Source: Bacteroides sp. 51
GTDB taxonomy: Bacteria; Bacteroidota; Bacteroidia; Bacteroidales; Bacteroidaceae
Direction of reading: 5' to 3'
Length of the DNA: 64,000 nt
Assembly: GCF_010500965.1 (NCBI RefSeq)
Contig: NZ_QVMI01000006.1
Coordinates: forward strand, 31,976-95,975
Shown here: one piece after another, positions 55,435 to 64,000 of the stretch
How positions within the stretch are numbered: position 1 is the first letter of the stretch
How the letters are laid out: each line of letters opens with the position of its first letter
Notes under the pieces: generated by a model
The model's database searches: none
The model's input: the letters and a program-made list of their open reading frames with translations, nothing else
What the model was told of the DNA's origin: nothing
Position numbers and translations under genes: made by a program

Positions 55435-58400
55435 ATGAAGAAAAAGCTGATTCTATTATGCAGGCTGCTGGCAAGTTTATCCCTGCCAACCGTAGGAGTA
55501 AATGCGCAGACAGTGACAAACGACCACAAGCTGGTCTACCCTTATTCCTTCGCCCCCAGCGAAGGTATAGTAAACAAAACCGAGAAAGAATACCGCAAGG
55601 AAATCTGCCTGAACGGTTACTGGGACTTCCAACCCGTGGCCCTTCCCCCGGATTACAAGCAAGAAAAAGGCATCGCCCCCACCTTGCTATTGCCCACAGG
55701 CAACGGCTGGAGCAGTACACGCATCAAAATACCCTCTCCGTGGAACATCAATGCATTTGCCAATCGCGATCTTGAAGGTCCCGACCATCGCAACTACCCC
55801 TCATACCCCAAAGAATGGGAACAAGTGAAGATGGCATGGATGAAGAAAACCTTCACCATCCCCGCCGACTGGCAAGGCCAGCAAATCAAACTCTACTTCG
55901 AAGCTGTAGCCGGCTACGCCGAGGTATACGTAAACAAAGAAAAAGTGGGCGAGAACTTCGACCTCTTCCTGCCCTTCAGCCTCGATATTACCGACAAGGT
56001 AACCCCCGGCCAAGCCCTGGAACTGCTCGTTGGCGTACGCAGCCAGTCGCTATTTGAAGACAATTCCACGATTGGCCGCCGCATCCTGCCCGCCGGCTCC
56101 ATGTGGGGAGGCCACATCAATGGTATCTGGCAAGACGTCTACCTGTTGGCACTGCCCAAACTCCATGTAGAAGACGTATATGTGAAACCCCTGGTGTCCG
56201 AAAACAGACTGGAACTGGAAGTAACCCTACAAAACAACACCGATAAAAAGGCCGACGTGCAACTGCAAGGCAACATCCGCGAATGGATAAACCGTGCCGG
56301 AACCGATGTGAACTCAGCACCTGTCCCCACCTGGACACTCGGAATGGAAGCCTTGCAGGTAGCCCCTGCCAAAGTATCCGTACCAGCCAACGCATCGCAG
56401 AAAGTAACCCTGCAAGTGCCTGTAAGCGAAGGCGCACTGGCCTATTGGACACCCGAACACCCGAACCTCTATGCCCTGTTGCTCTCCCTAAAAGATAAAA
56501 AGCAAACCGTTGACACGAAATACGAACGCTTTGGCTGGCGCGAATGGACATTGCAGGGAACTACGCAGTATTTAAACGGCCAACCCTACGCCCTGCGTGG
56601 CGACTCGTGGCACTTCATGGGCGTTCCGCAGATGACCCGCCGCTATGCCTGGGCATGGTTTACCGCCATTAAAGGCATGAATGCCAATGCCGTCCGCCCC
56701 CATGCACAAATCTATCCCCGTTTCTACCTCGATATGGCCGACGAGATGGGCATCTGTGTGATGAACGAAACCGCCAACTGGGCCAGCGACGGCGGACCGA
56801 AGCTCGACTCCGACCTCTTCTGGGAAGCATCCAAAGAACACCTGCGTCGCTTTGTTCTGCGCGATCGCAACCATGCTTCCGTCTTCGGCTGGAGCATCAG
56901 CAACGAAAACAAACCCGTTATCCTCCACGTCTATAACCGTCCCGAACTGATGGTTCCGCAAAAGAAAGCATGGGAAGAGTGGCGCGACATTGTCCGTCAA
57001 TACGACCCCACCCGTCCGTGGATATCAGCCGACGGCGAAGACGATGGCGATGGCATCCTGCCCGTAACTGTAGGTCATTATGGCGACCTGAATTCTATGA
57101 AACGTTGGGTAGAAATCGGCAAGCCCTGGGGCATCGGCGAGCACAGTATGGCCTACTATGGCACCCCCGAGCAAGTCTCTAAATACAACGGAGAGCGTGC
57201 CTATGAATCGCAGGAAGGCCGCATGGAAGGTCTGGCCAACGAGTGCTATGACCTCATAGCCAATCAGCGCCGCATGGGAGCATCGTACAGCACCGTGTTC
57301 AACATGGCCTGGTATGCCTTGAAGCCCCTTCCGCTGGGCAAGAAAGATACAGGCAAAGCCCCTTCTGCGGTCGAAGACGGTATATTCTTCGGCGAATATA
57401 AAGAAGGCATTCCGGGCGTACAACCCGAACGCGTAGGTCCGTACTGCACTACGTTCAATCCGGGTTACGACCCCAGTCTGCCGCTGTATGAAGAGTGGCC
57501 CATGTATGGCGCCATGCGTGCTGCCAATGCACCGGGCGGGCCGGCGTGGAGTGCGTATGCCACCATCGACAAGAAGCAATACGAAGCTCCCAAAGCCCTG
57601 GCGCCTGCCGGAAACTATAAAGAAGTCGTTTTCATCGGTAATACAGACAGCCGCTTAAAGGAACTGATGGATGCGCAAGGCGTGAAGTTTACCACTAAGG
57701 TAACCACTCCCGCACAGCTGCTTTACATTGTAGACGGTAGCCAACCAACAGATGCCGCCACAAAGAAAGAAATGCAAAAACAAATAACCAAAGGAGCCGA
57801 TGTCTGGATCTGGGGATTGATGCCCGAAACCGTAGCCGGATACAATGAACTCCTACCGTATCCCGTGGCTTTGGATGAATTGAAACGCTCCTCCTTCCTC
57901 CCTGTGCAAAAGTCATGGATGCGCGGACTGAATAATTCCGATTTCTACTTCTGCGAGCTTCAAAAAGCAGATGCCTCCCGCTATTCGCTGAAAGGCACGT
58001 TTGTAGAAGAAGGAGAAGTCCTGCTGAATGCCTGCAAAACAGACTGGCGCAAATGGAACAAACGTCCGGAAGAGATCAAAACAGCCGGAACCATCCGCAG
58101 CGAATACGAATGTACAGCCGCCACTCCGGTATTTGTGAGCTGCCGCCAGGGAGCGTCTGCTTTCTACCTCAGCACCCTGACCGAGTTTGCCAATTCGGAA
58201 AAAGGCTATAACACCCTTGCCGCTATCCTGGAGCACGCCGGTGTGGCTTGCGAGAAACCGGAGGTGAACATCGACGAGGTATTCTTCCTGCGCGATGAGC
58301 AGATGAACTTCCCCGTAATCACTAAGAACAAGATGGTCGAAGAGGGCGATGGATACGCATTGGAACTTTACGTGTTCACTCCCCGCCCTCTGGACGACTT

Positions 58401-58674
58401 ATTGATAGAACCCAATATGCCCAAACTCTCCCTGTTTGTCAAAGCAAAGAGTCGCCAGTTGTTTATCAACAACAAGCCTTATACCGCAATGTCTCAGGAA
58501 GGACGCAACGAAGCAACCTACAAAGAATTGCCCCTGTTGCAAGGCTGGAACAAACTCGTTCTCAAGGTGGGAAGCGGAGACAGGAATGATTTCACCGGAT
58601 ACTTTAAATGTGATAATCAGAAGCCATTCCTCTCGTTGCTGAAAGCAGCGTTTGTGAATCCGGAGGTGAAGTAA
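55435..58674 (+). CDS. Glycoside hydrolase family 2
   Basis: Signal peptide, GH2 sugar-binding domain (GYWDFQPV...), and TIM barrel with the WSISNEN acid/base motif. Confidence 0.8.
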   Translation: MKKKLILLCRLLASLSLPTVGVNAQTVTNDHKLVYPYSFAPSEGIVNKTEKEYRKEICLNGYWDFQPVALPPDYKQEKGIAPTLLLPTGNGWSSTRIKIPSPWNINAFANRDLEGPDHRNYPSYPKEWEQVKMAWMKKTFTIPADWQGQQIKLYFEAVAGYAEVYVNKEKVGENFDLFLPFSLDITDKVTPGQALELLVGVRSQSLFEDNSTIGRRILPAGSMWGGHINGIWQDVYLLALPKLHVEDVYVKPLVSENRLELEVTLQNNTDKKADVQLQGNIREWINRAGTDVNSAPVPTWTLGMEALQVAPAKVSVPANASQKVTLQVPVSEGALAYWTPEHPNLYALLLSLKDKKQTVDTKYERFGWREWTLQGTTQYLNGQPYALRGDSWHFMGVPQMTRRYAWAWFTAIKGMNANAVRPHAQIYPRFYLDMADEMGICVMNETANWASDGGPKLDSDLFWEASKEHLRRFVLRDRNHASVFGWSISNENKPVILHVYNRPELMVPQKKAWEEWRDIVRQYDPTRPWISADGEDDGDGILPVTVGHYGDLNSMKRWVEIGKPWGIGEHSMAYYGTPEQVSKYNGERAYESQEGRMEGLANECYDLIANQRRMGASYSTVFNMAWYALKPLPLGKKDTGKAPSAVEDGIFFGEYKEGIPGVQPERVGPYCTTFNPGYDPSLPLYEEWPMYGAMRAANAPGGPAWSAYATIDKKQYEAPKALAPAGNYKEVVFIGNTDSRLKELMDAQGVKFTTKVTTPAQLLYIVDGSQPTDAATKKEMQKQITKGADVWIWGLMPETVAGYNELLPYPVALDELKRSSFLPVQKSWMRGLNNSDFYFCELQKADASRYSLKGTFVEEGEVLLNACKTDWRKWNKRPEEIKTAGTIRSEYECTAATPVFVSCRQGASAFYLSTLTEFANSEKGYNTLAAILEHAGVACEKPEVNIDEVFFLRDEQMNFPVITKNKMVEEGDGYALELYVFTPRPLDDLLIEPNMPKLSLFVKAKSRQLFINNKPYTAMSQEGRNEATYKELPLLQGWNKLVLKVGSGDRNDFTGYFKCDNQKPFLSLLKAAFVNPEVK

Positions 58675-58704
58675 ATTGAATCTAACTAAAAACAAAGATA
58701 TATC

Positions 58705-60975
58705 ATGAAACTTACACATCTGTTAGCCTCCGGGGCCATCGTCTTGATGTTGGGCGCATGTAGTGGAATGCAGCAACAAGCAACGACCAAAACCCCTGTC
58801 GATTATGTAAATCCGTATGTTGGAAACATCAGCCACCTGTTGGTGCCCACGTTTCCCACGATCCAGTTGCCCAACAGTATGCTCCGCGTTTATCCCGAAC
58901 GTGCCGACTATACCACGGAGTTACTGAACGGCCTTCCTCTCATTGTGACCAATCATCGTGAGCGCTCGGCCTTTAACCTCAGCCCCTATCAGGGCGACAA
59001 CCTGCGCCCGGTCGTTACTTATACATATGACAACGAGCGGTTGACGCCCTATTCTTATAGTGCGAACATAGAGCCAACCGACACCGGTAATCATATGAAA
59101 GTGAATTATGCCCTTTCCCATCAGTCGGCACTCTACCACATTGCGTACGGAACAGACGAACCGGCGTACGTCATTGTAAATAGCCGCAACGGAGCCATTC
59201 ATGTGGGGGTAAACTTTATCAGCGGCCATCAGCGATTGAACGACAATACAAAGGTTTACTTATACATCGAGCCGCAAGAGAAACCCGTAGCTGCCGGCGT
59301 TCTGGAGAATGGAAAGATCGAAATAAGCAAAGATAATGCCGAGGGAAAGAACGTTTGTGCCGCCTGGCGCTTTGCCGACGGAACCCAGAGTGTGAGTCTG
59401 CGCTACGGCATCTCCTTTATCAGCGAAGAGCAAGCCGAGAAGAATCTGCGCCGCGAACTGAAAGATTACAATGTGCAGGCTCTGGCCGATACCGGTCGCC
59501 GGATCTGGAACGAAACCCTGGGACAAATTCAGGTACAAGGCGGCACGGAAGAAGATAAAACGGTGTTCTATTCCTCTTTCTACCGTACCTTCGAACGCCC
59601 CATCTGTATGAGCGAAGACGGACATTACTTCAGCGCTTTCGATGGCAAGGTGCATGACGATGAAGGTACTCCTTTCTATAACGACGACTGGATCTGGGAT
59701 ACCTACCGCGCTGCCCATCCGCTTCGCGTACTGCTTGACCAGAAGAAAGAGGAAGAAATCATCACCTCCTTCCTGCGCATGGCCGAGCAAATGGGCACCA
59801 TGTGGATGCCTACCTTCCCCGAAGTAACCGGCGACTCACGCCGCATGAACTCCAATCATGGTGTAGCCACCGTGGCCGATGCCCTGATTAAAGGTTTGAA
59901 GATAGATACGCTGAAAGCCTATGAAGCCTGTCGCAGAGGTATTGAAGAGAAAACCCTCGCCCCCTGGTCGGGAGCACCCGCCGGCTGGATTGATGAATTC
60001 TATCTGGATCATGGGTATATCCCTGCGCTCCAACCCGGCGAGAAAGAAACCGATCCCAATGTGCATCATTTCGAAAAGCGCCAGCCCGTGGCTGTTACGT
60101 TGGGTACAAGCTACGACCAGTGGTGCCTTTCGCGCATTGCCGAGGCGCTGGGTAAGCCCAAAGAAGCGGCTTACTACCTGGAATGCTCCCGCAATTACCG
60201 GAACCTCTTTAACCCGGAGACAGCTTTCTTTCATCCTAAAGACAAAGACGGGCGCTGGATAGAACCTTTCGATTACCGCTACTCAGGCGGTATGGGTGCC
60301 CGCGAGTATTATGGCGAAAACAACGGTTGGGTGTATCGTTGGGATGTGCCTCACAACGTAGCCGATCTGATCAACCTGATGGGTGGCCGGGAGGCTTTCA
60401 TCTCCAACCTGGAGCGTACTTTCCGCGAACCGTTGGGGCGTGGCAAGTATGAATTCTATTCCACATTGCCCGACCATACCGGCAACGTGGGGCAGTTTTC
60501 TATGGCCAACGAACCGTCACTGCACATACCTTATTTATATAACTATGCCGGACAGCCCTGGAATACGCAGAAGCACATCCGCAAGATGCTAAAGACCTGG
60601 TTCCGCAACGACCTGATGGGCATGCCCGGCGATGAAGATGGGGGAGGAATGACTTCGTTTGTGGTCTTCTCTTCGCTGGGATTCTATCCTGTAACTCCCG
60701 GTTTCCCGGCATACAATATCGGAAGCCCGCTTTTTACGAATGCAAAGATTACGTTGAGCAACGGGAAGGTGTTTGAAATTGAAGCACAGAATGCTTCCGA
60801 TGAAAACAAGTATATCCAGTCGGCCACGCTGAATGGTCAGGAGTGGAACAAGCCTTGGTTCAGTCATGATAGTTTGATGGAAGGTGGTAAATTGGTATTA
60901 GTCATGGGCGACCTTCCGAATAAGAAATGGGGTAGCGAAGCAGAGAATGCTCCTCCCTCGGTTGATAAGGAATGA
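58705..60975 (+). CDS. Glycoside hydrolase family 92 (alpha-mannosidase-like) lipoprotein
   Basis: Lipobox LGACS and YVNP..G N-motif. Segments FISEEQAEKNL..GGTEEDKTVFYSSFYR and PGDEDGGGMTSFVVFSSLGFYPVTPG are collinear with GH92 family members. Confidence 0.85.
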   Translation: MKLTHLLASGAIVLMLGACSGMQQQATTKTPVDYVNPYVGNISHLLVPTFPTIQLPNSMLRVYPERADYTTELLNGLPLIVTNHRERSAFNLSPYQGDNLRPVVTYTYDNERLTPYSYSANIEPTDTGNHMKVNYALSHQSALYHIAYGTDEPAYVIVNSRNGAIHVGVNFISGHQRLNDNTKVYLYIEPQEKPVAAGVLENGKIEISKDNAEGKNVCAAWRFADGTQSVSLRYGISFISEEQAEKNLRRELKDYNVQALADTGRRIWNETLGQIQVQGGTEEDKTVFYSSFYRTFERPICMSEDGHYFSAFDGKVHDDEGTPFYNDDWIWDTYRAAHPLRVLLDQKKEEEIITSFLRMAEQMGTMWMPTFPEVTGDSRRMNSNHGVATVADALIKGLKIDTLKAYEACRRGIEEKTLAPWSGAPAGWIDEFYLDHGYIPALQPGEKETDPNVHHFEKRQPVAVTLGTSYDQWCLSRIAEALGKPKEAAYYLECSRNYRNLFNPETAFFHPKDKDGRWIEPFDYRYSGGMGAREYYGENNGWVYRWDVPHNVADLINLMGGREAFISNLERTFREPLGRGKYEFYSTLPDHTGNVGQFSMANEPSLHIPYLYNYAGQPWNTQKHIRKMLKTWFRNDLMGMPGDEDGGGMTSFVVFSSLGFYPVTPGFPAYNIGSPLFTNAKITLSNGKVFEIEAQNASDENKYIQSATLNGQEWNKPWFSHDSLMEGGKLVLVMGDLPNKKWGSEAENAPPSVDKE

Positions 60976-61030
60976 AAGGTAAAGAGCAGATAACCTAAAG
61001 GTTTTAAAGATTGTTTTGGCGGGATGCTTT

Positions 61031-61077
61031 AACAGCTTGTGTCGATCTCCGGTACAAGCTGTTGCTATTTTTGTTTT
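61031..61077 (+). terminator. Rho-independent terminator after GH92
   Basis: AACAGCTTGT-13 nt-ACAAGCTGTT followed by GCTATTTTTGTTTT. Confidence 0.7.
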
Positions 61078-61204
61078 ATTTCCAAATTATATGTATAATT
61101 GTTGTATGGAATGTTTTTTATACCTGTTCTCCTGCAAATAAGTCTCTGTTTATAAAGGAAGGACGGCTCTTTTTTTTGTATTTTTGCATTATCCGCTAAA
61201 TTGA

Positions 61205-63766
61205 TTGATACTAAATACTATGAAACATCGATTACTGATACTGATTCTCCTTCTGTATTGTTCTGCCGACGGAATAGATGCTTCTTCTTTGCATGATTAC
61301 GGGCTTTATTTCAAGTCGCATTCGGTGCCGGCCGAACAACGGACCTCTCTCTTCCTGGACAATAATCTACCCTTCCCCATAAAAAATGAATTTGCTGTTT
61401 CTTTTCAGATGTACGTGCGCAACAACGAACCGGATTTCGGTTCCATTCTCCATTTGCATACGAATACACAACAACTGATACGTTTTTCGCTTGTGGCAGG
61501 AGAGGGAAGTCACTTCCCTGCTTTGGTATTTAACGAAGGGATCGTTCCCTTTAATATTCCCATTGTGCGCGAAAAATGGTTGGATGTTTCTGTGCGGCTT
61601 CGTTTGAAGGACAATGTGGTTGAGGTGGATTATGATGGAAAAAAGATATCGGCCATGGTGCCCCTGCAAGGGGCGGAAAGTGTTACCGCCCTGTTCGGAC
61701 AAATGAATAATTACCTGGCAGATGTGGCCCCCGTCAATATGAAAAACGTAATTGTCATTCAAGATGGTGAGCAAACGCGCGAATGGAAGTTGTGGAAACA
61801 TAACGCTGATATCTGCCACGATGAAAAACAGGGAGCCGTGGCACGTGCACTCAACCCTTTCTGGTTGATAGACAATCATGTGGAATGGAAACAGGTGTAT
61901 CGGGAAAAGATTCCGGGCAGGTTGGATGTGGCTTTCAATGCCCGCGAGGCTTTGTTCTATCTCGTCAGACCCCAGTCTATAGAAGTGCTGGACGAGGATG
62001 GTGTGCGGCAGCGCGAGATTATCGTGCGCGGTGGGTATCCGGCGATGGAGTATACGAACCACTTATTATATGACACATTGAGCAACAAACTGGTGTCCTA
62101 CAACTTAAAGAAAGGTACCGTTTCTTATTTCTCGTTCGATACGGAAACATGGAGTGGTAAAGTACAAGATAGGGAAGAGTCTTATTATTACAACCACGCC
62201 CGTACGTTTAACCCGGCCGATTCTTGTTTTTACTTTTTCGGCGGATATGGCTTTTATCAATACCGCAATGAACTTTTCCGCCTGAAATCCGGATCAGACA
62301 GGGTAGAGAAGGTAGAATATGAACATCCGTTCTCTCCCCGTTACTCTGCCGCTGCCGGGGTGGCTGGCGATGAGTTTTTTATTTTCGGGGGACGGGGAAA
62401 TAAGTATGGGAAACAAGAACTGAGTTCGCACTTCTATTTTGATTTGTGTGCTATCAATATAAAAACACGGCAGTCTCGTCTGGTTTGGAAGAAAAACACC
62501 TTTAAGGAAGGTACTCTGATGGCTTCTTCCATGTATTTCGAACCGTCGGATAGTTCTTTCTACGCCATATCCATGCAAAACGGTGGAACGTTGTGGAAGG
62601 TTTCTATGACGGATTCGGTTTACGTCAAAGCCTCGAAGCCTATTCATAATGCTGTAAATTATCAGGATTGCGATTTTAGTCTTTATGCTTCTCCTTCCCG
62701 CGGAAAACTCTTTCTGGTGTTGGATAAGATTATGAGCGATCACTCGCACGATGCCGCCATTTATTCTATCAATATGCCTTTGCTGAGCGAGGTAGATATC
62801 ATGCAGCCGGTGGTTGAAGAGACATCTGCAAGTCGGTGGTATATCTACGTAGTAGGTGCGTTGCTGCTGATTGGTTTGGGAGGTGTTCTGTTGCTTTATT
62901 ACTCGAAACGTGGCGGTAGTCCGGAGGAAGTTCAGGACACTGTTGTTCAGGATGTTTTGGAAGCACAAGAAACATTCAACAAGAAACCGGCTCCGGAGGT
63001 GGTGCCGGCTTCTGCCGCGGTGACCAATTATTATGACCGCAGTCGTGCGTCCATTTCCTTATTGGGTGGTTTCAATGTGCGCGATAAGAAAGGGCACGAT
63101 ATTACCTCCAATTTCACACCGCGCCTGAAGCATTTACTTATCTTATTGATAATCTATACCGAGAAAAACGAGCAGGGTATCTTGGCATCCAAGACCACCG
63201 GAATATTGTGGCCTGAGAAAGACGAAACCTCTGCCCGCAACAACCGGAATGTGAACTTGCGGAAGTTGCGCGTATTGCTGGAGAGCATCGGAGATGTAGA
63301 AGTGGTGGTGGAGAATAACTTCCTGCATATCAAATGGGGGGAGGATGTCTTTTGTGATTATCATACGCTGTTTGCCTGCATCCGCCAGTTTAAGCAGGAA
63401 GAAAGTACGGAGCTGCTCAACCGCATTCTCGAACTGCTGCTTTATGGTCCTTTGTTGCCAAATACGCTTCTTGATTGGTTGGACGATTTTAAGGAGGCTT
63501 ACTCCAGCTATTCCATAGATTTACTGAAAAATTTGTTGGAAACCGAAGGTAGCCGCAACCATCAGGATATGATTATCCGCATTGCCGACATCATGTTCCT
63601 GCACGACCCATTGAATGAAGAAGCGCTAGCCGCCAAGTGTGCCGTGTTCTCTGCACAAGGAAAGAAAGGCATTGCCCGGAATGTGTATGATCGTTTCTGC
63701 AAGGAGTACAAAGATTCGATGGGCGAGGATTATAAGGTTCCGTTTGCCGAGATTTACAGGAATTAG
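61205..63766 (+). CDS. Membrane-anchored transcriptional regulator: periplasmic Kelch/beta-propeller-like sensor, one TM, cytoplasmic SARP/OmpR-type wHTH plus BTAD-like helical domain
   Basis: Signal/TM at the N-terminus. Kelch-like FFGGYGFY and FIFGGRGN motifs. TM YIYVVGALLLIGLGGVLLLYY. wHTH ISLLGGFNVRD..PRLKHLLILLIIY..ARNNRNVNLRKLRVLL. Confidence 0.65.
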   Translation: MILNTMKHRLLILILLLYCSADGIDASSLHDYGLYFKSHSVPAEQRTSLFLDNNLPFPIKNEFAVSFQMYVRNNEPDFGSILHLHTNTQQLIRFSLVAGEGSHFPALVFNEGIVPFNIPIVREKWLDVSVRLRLKDNVVEVDYDGKKISAMVPLQGAESVTALFGQMNNYLADVAPVNMKNVIVIQDGEQTREWKLWKHNADICHDEKQGAVARALNPFWLIDNHVEWKQVYREKIPGRLDVAFNAREALFYLVRPQSIEVLDEDGVRQREIIVRGGYPAMEYTNHLLYDTLSNKLVSYNLKKGTVSYFSFDTETWSGKVQDREESYYYNHARTFNPADSCFYFFGGYGFYQYRNELFRLKSGSDRVEKVEYEHPFSPRYSAAAGVAGDEFFIFGGRGNKYGKQELSSHFYFDLCAINIKTRQSRLVWKKNTFKEGTLMASSMYFEPSDSSFYAISMQNGGTLWKVSMTDSVYVKASKPIHNAVNYQDCDFSLYASPSRGKLFLVLDKIMSDHSHDAAIYSINMPLLSEVDIMQPVVEETSASRWYIYVVGALLLIGLGGVLLLYYSKRGGSPEEVQDTVVQDVLEAQETFNKKPAPEVVPASAAVTNYYDRSRASISLLGGFNVRDKKGHDITSNFTPRLKHLLILLIIYTEKNEQGILASKTTGILWPEKDETSARNNRNVNLRKLRVLLESIGDVEVVVENNFLHIKWGEDVFCDYHTLFACIRQFKQEESTELLNRILELLLYGPLLPNTLLDWLDDFKEAYSSYSIDLLKNLLETEGSRNHQDMIIRIADIMFLHDPLNEEALAAKCAVFSAQGKKGIARNVYDRFCKEYKDSMGEDYKVPFAEIYRN

Positions 63767-63851
63767 GCTACAGGTTTTAAAGACTTCTTTACATGTGTAT
63801 ACGGTTGTAATATACCCATACCCGTTAGTGTTGTCGAATAATTCCGCGTTT

Positions 63852-63898
63852 ACCCCCCCCCCCCCCCCCCCCCCCCCCCCCACCCCGCCCGCCCCCCC
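63852..63898. repeat. Homopolymeric poly-C tract (30 C, then CCCC G CCC G CCCCCCC)
   Basis: Direct count, positions 63852-63881. It produces a spurious poly-Gly ORF on the minus strand. Confidence 0.9.
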
Positions 63899-64000
63899 AT
63901 CCGTCTTGTCCTGTTTTCTCCTTCCGGTATACCTGCCAGTGCGGGTGAGGAAGTGGAGTTGCATTTCACGATTCCATCTGATATACGAAGTAGCTTGTTT

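Noticed and set aside
55316-55775. ORFs 55316-55720(-) and 55326-55775(+) at the GH2 5' end
   Set aside because: Arg/Gly/Pro-rich, low-complexity translations overlapping the GH2 signal-peptide region in other frames.
63626-63964. 112-aa minus-strand ORF containing a poly-Gly run
   Set aside because: The poly-Gly run is the direct translation of the poly-C tract. There is no independent coding support.
1-64000. Searched by eye for tRNA, rRNA, tmRNA, transposase, integrase and restriction-modification genes
   Set aside because: No cloverleaf-compatible sequences, rRNA-like stretches, DDE or tyrosine-recombinase motifs or methyltransferase motifs were recognised. None can be supported from the sequence alone.

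Overview
This 64-kb segment looks like a Bacteroides-type (Bacteroidota) chromosome. Evidence: a SusC/SusD pair, GH2/GH16/GH92/GH97 glycoside hydrolases, many LxxC lipoproteins, TAnnTTTG -7 promoter boxes, a radical-SAM anaerobic sulfatase-maturating enzyme, and no Shine-Dalgarno dependence. No rRNA, tRNA, CRISPR array, transposase or integrase could be supported. Gene content from 5' to 3': (1) A 5'-truncated sensor-kinase paralog (PAS plus a His-less DHp domain), translationally coupled to a full hybrid-type sensor histidine kinase. (2) An aromatic amino-acid operon on the minus strand (pheA, aminotransferase, DAHP-synthase/chorismate-mutase, tyrA). It is preceded by a promoter box, a 28-codon Phe/Tyr-rich leader ORF and an intrinsic terminator, i.e. 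a candidate attenuator. (3) Two tandem surface lipoproteins, one collagen-like (GXY) and one with 39-aa E/R/Q-rich tandem repeats. (4) Anaerobic sulfatase-maturating enzyme, a DinD/Bro-N-like protein, a TPR protein, recQ and recJ. (5) Housekeeping genes: hotdog thioesterase, tsaC, ClC channel, fmt. (6) An 800-bp gene-free gap with a CA-skewed tract and 22-nt tandem repeats. (7) A polysaccharide-utilisation locus: LacI regulator plus operator palindrome, Na+/solute symporter, FAD oxidoreductase, GH97, GH2, SusC, SusD, GH16. (8) truA, an EamA transporter, a secreted hypothetical protein and an XRE/CI-like repressor. (9) The most striking block: YbjN-like, PspA/IM30 (ESCRT-III superfamily), a small TM peptide, an NfeD-like protein, a flotillin/SPFH protein and a 1606-aa protein with a C-terminal MoxR/AAA_5-type ATPase. 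This looks like an uncharacterised membrane-remodelling or stress module and is possibly a novel system. (10) A second glycan locus: GH2, GH92, and a membrane-anchored SARP/OmpR-type regulator with a periplasmic Kelch-like sensor, ending at a 30-nt poly-C tract. The window is also rich in non-coding structure: several families of long palindromic elements, a MITE-like element in two copies, four arrays with 22-23-nt period, and ATCGTAA heptad repeats leading into two start codons.
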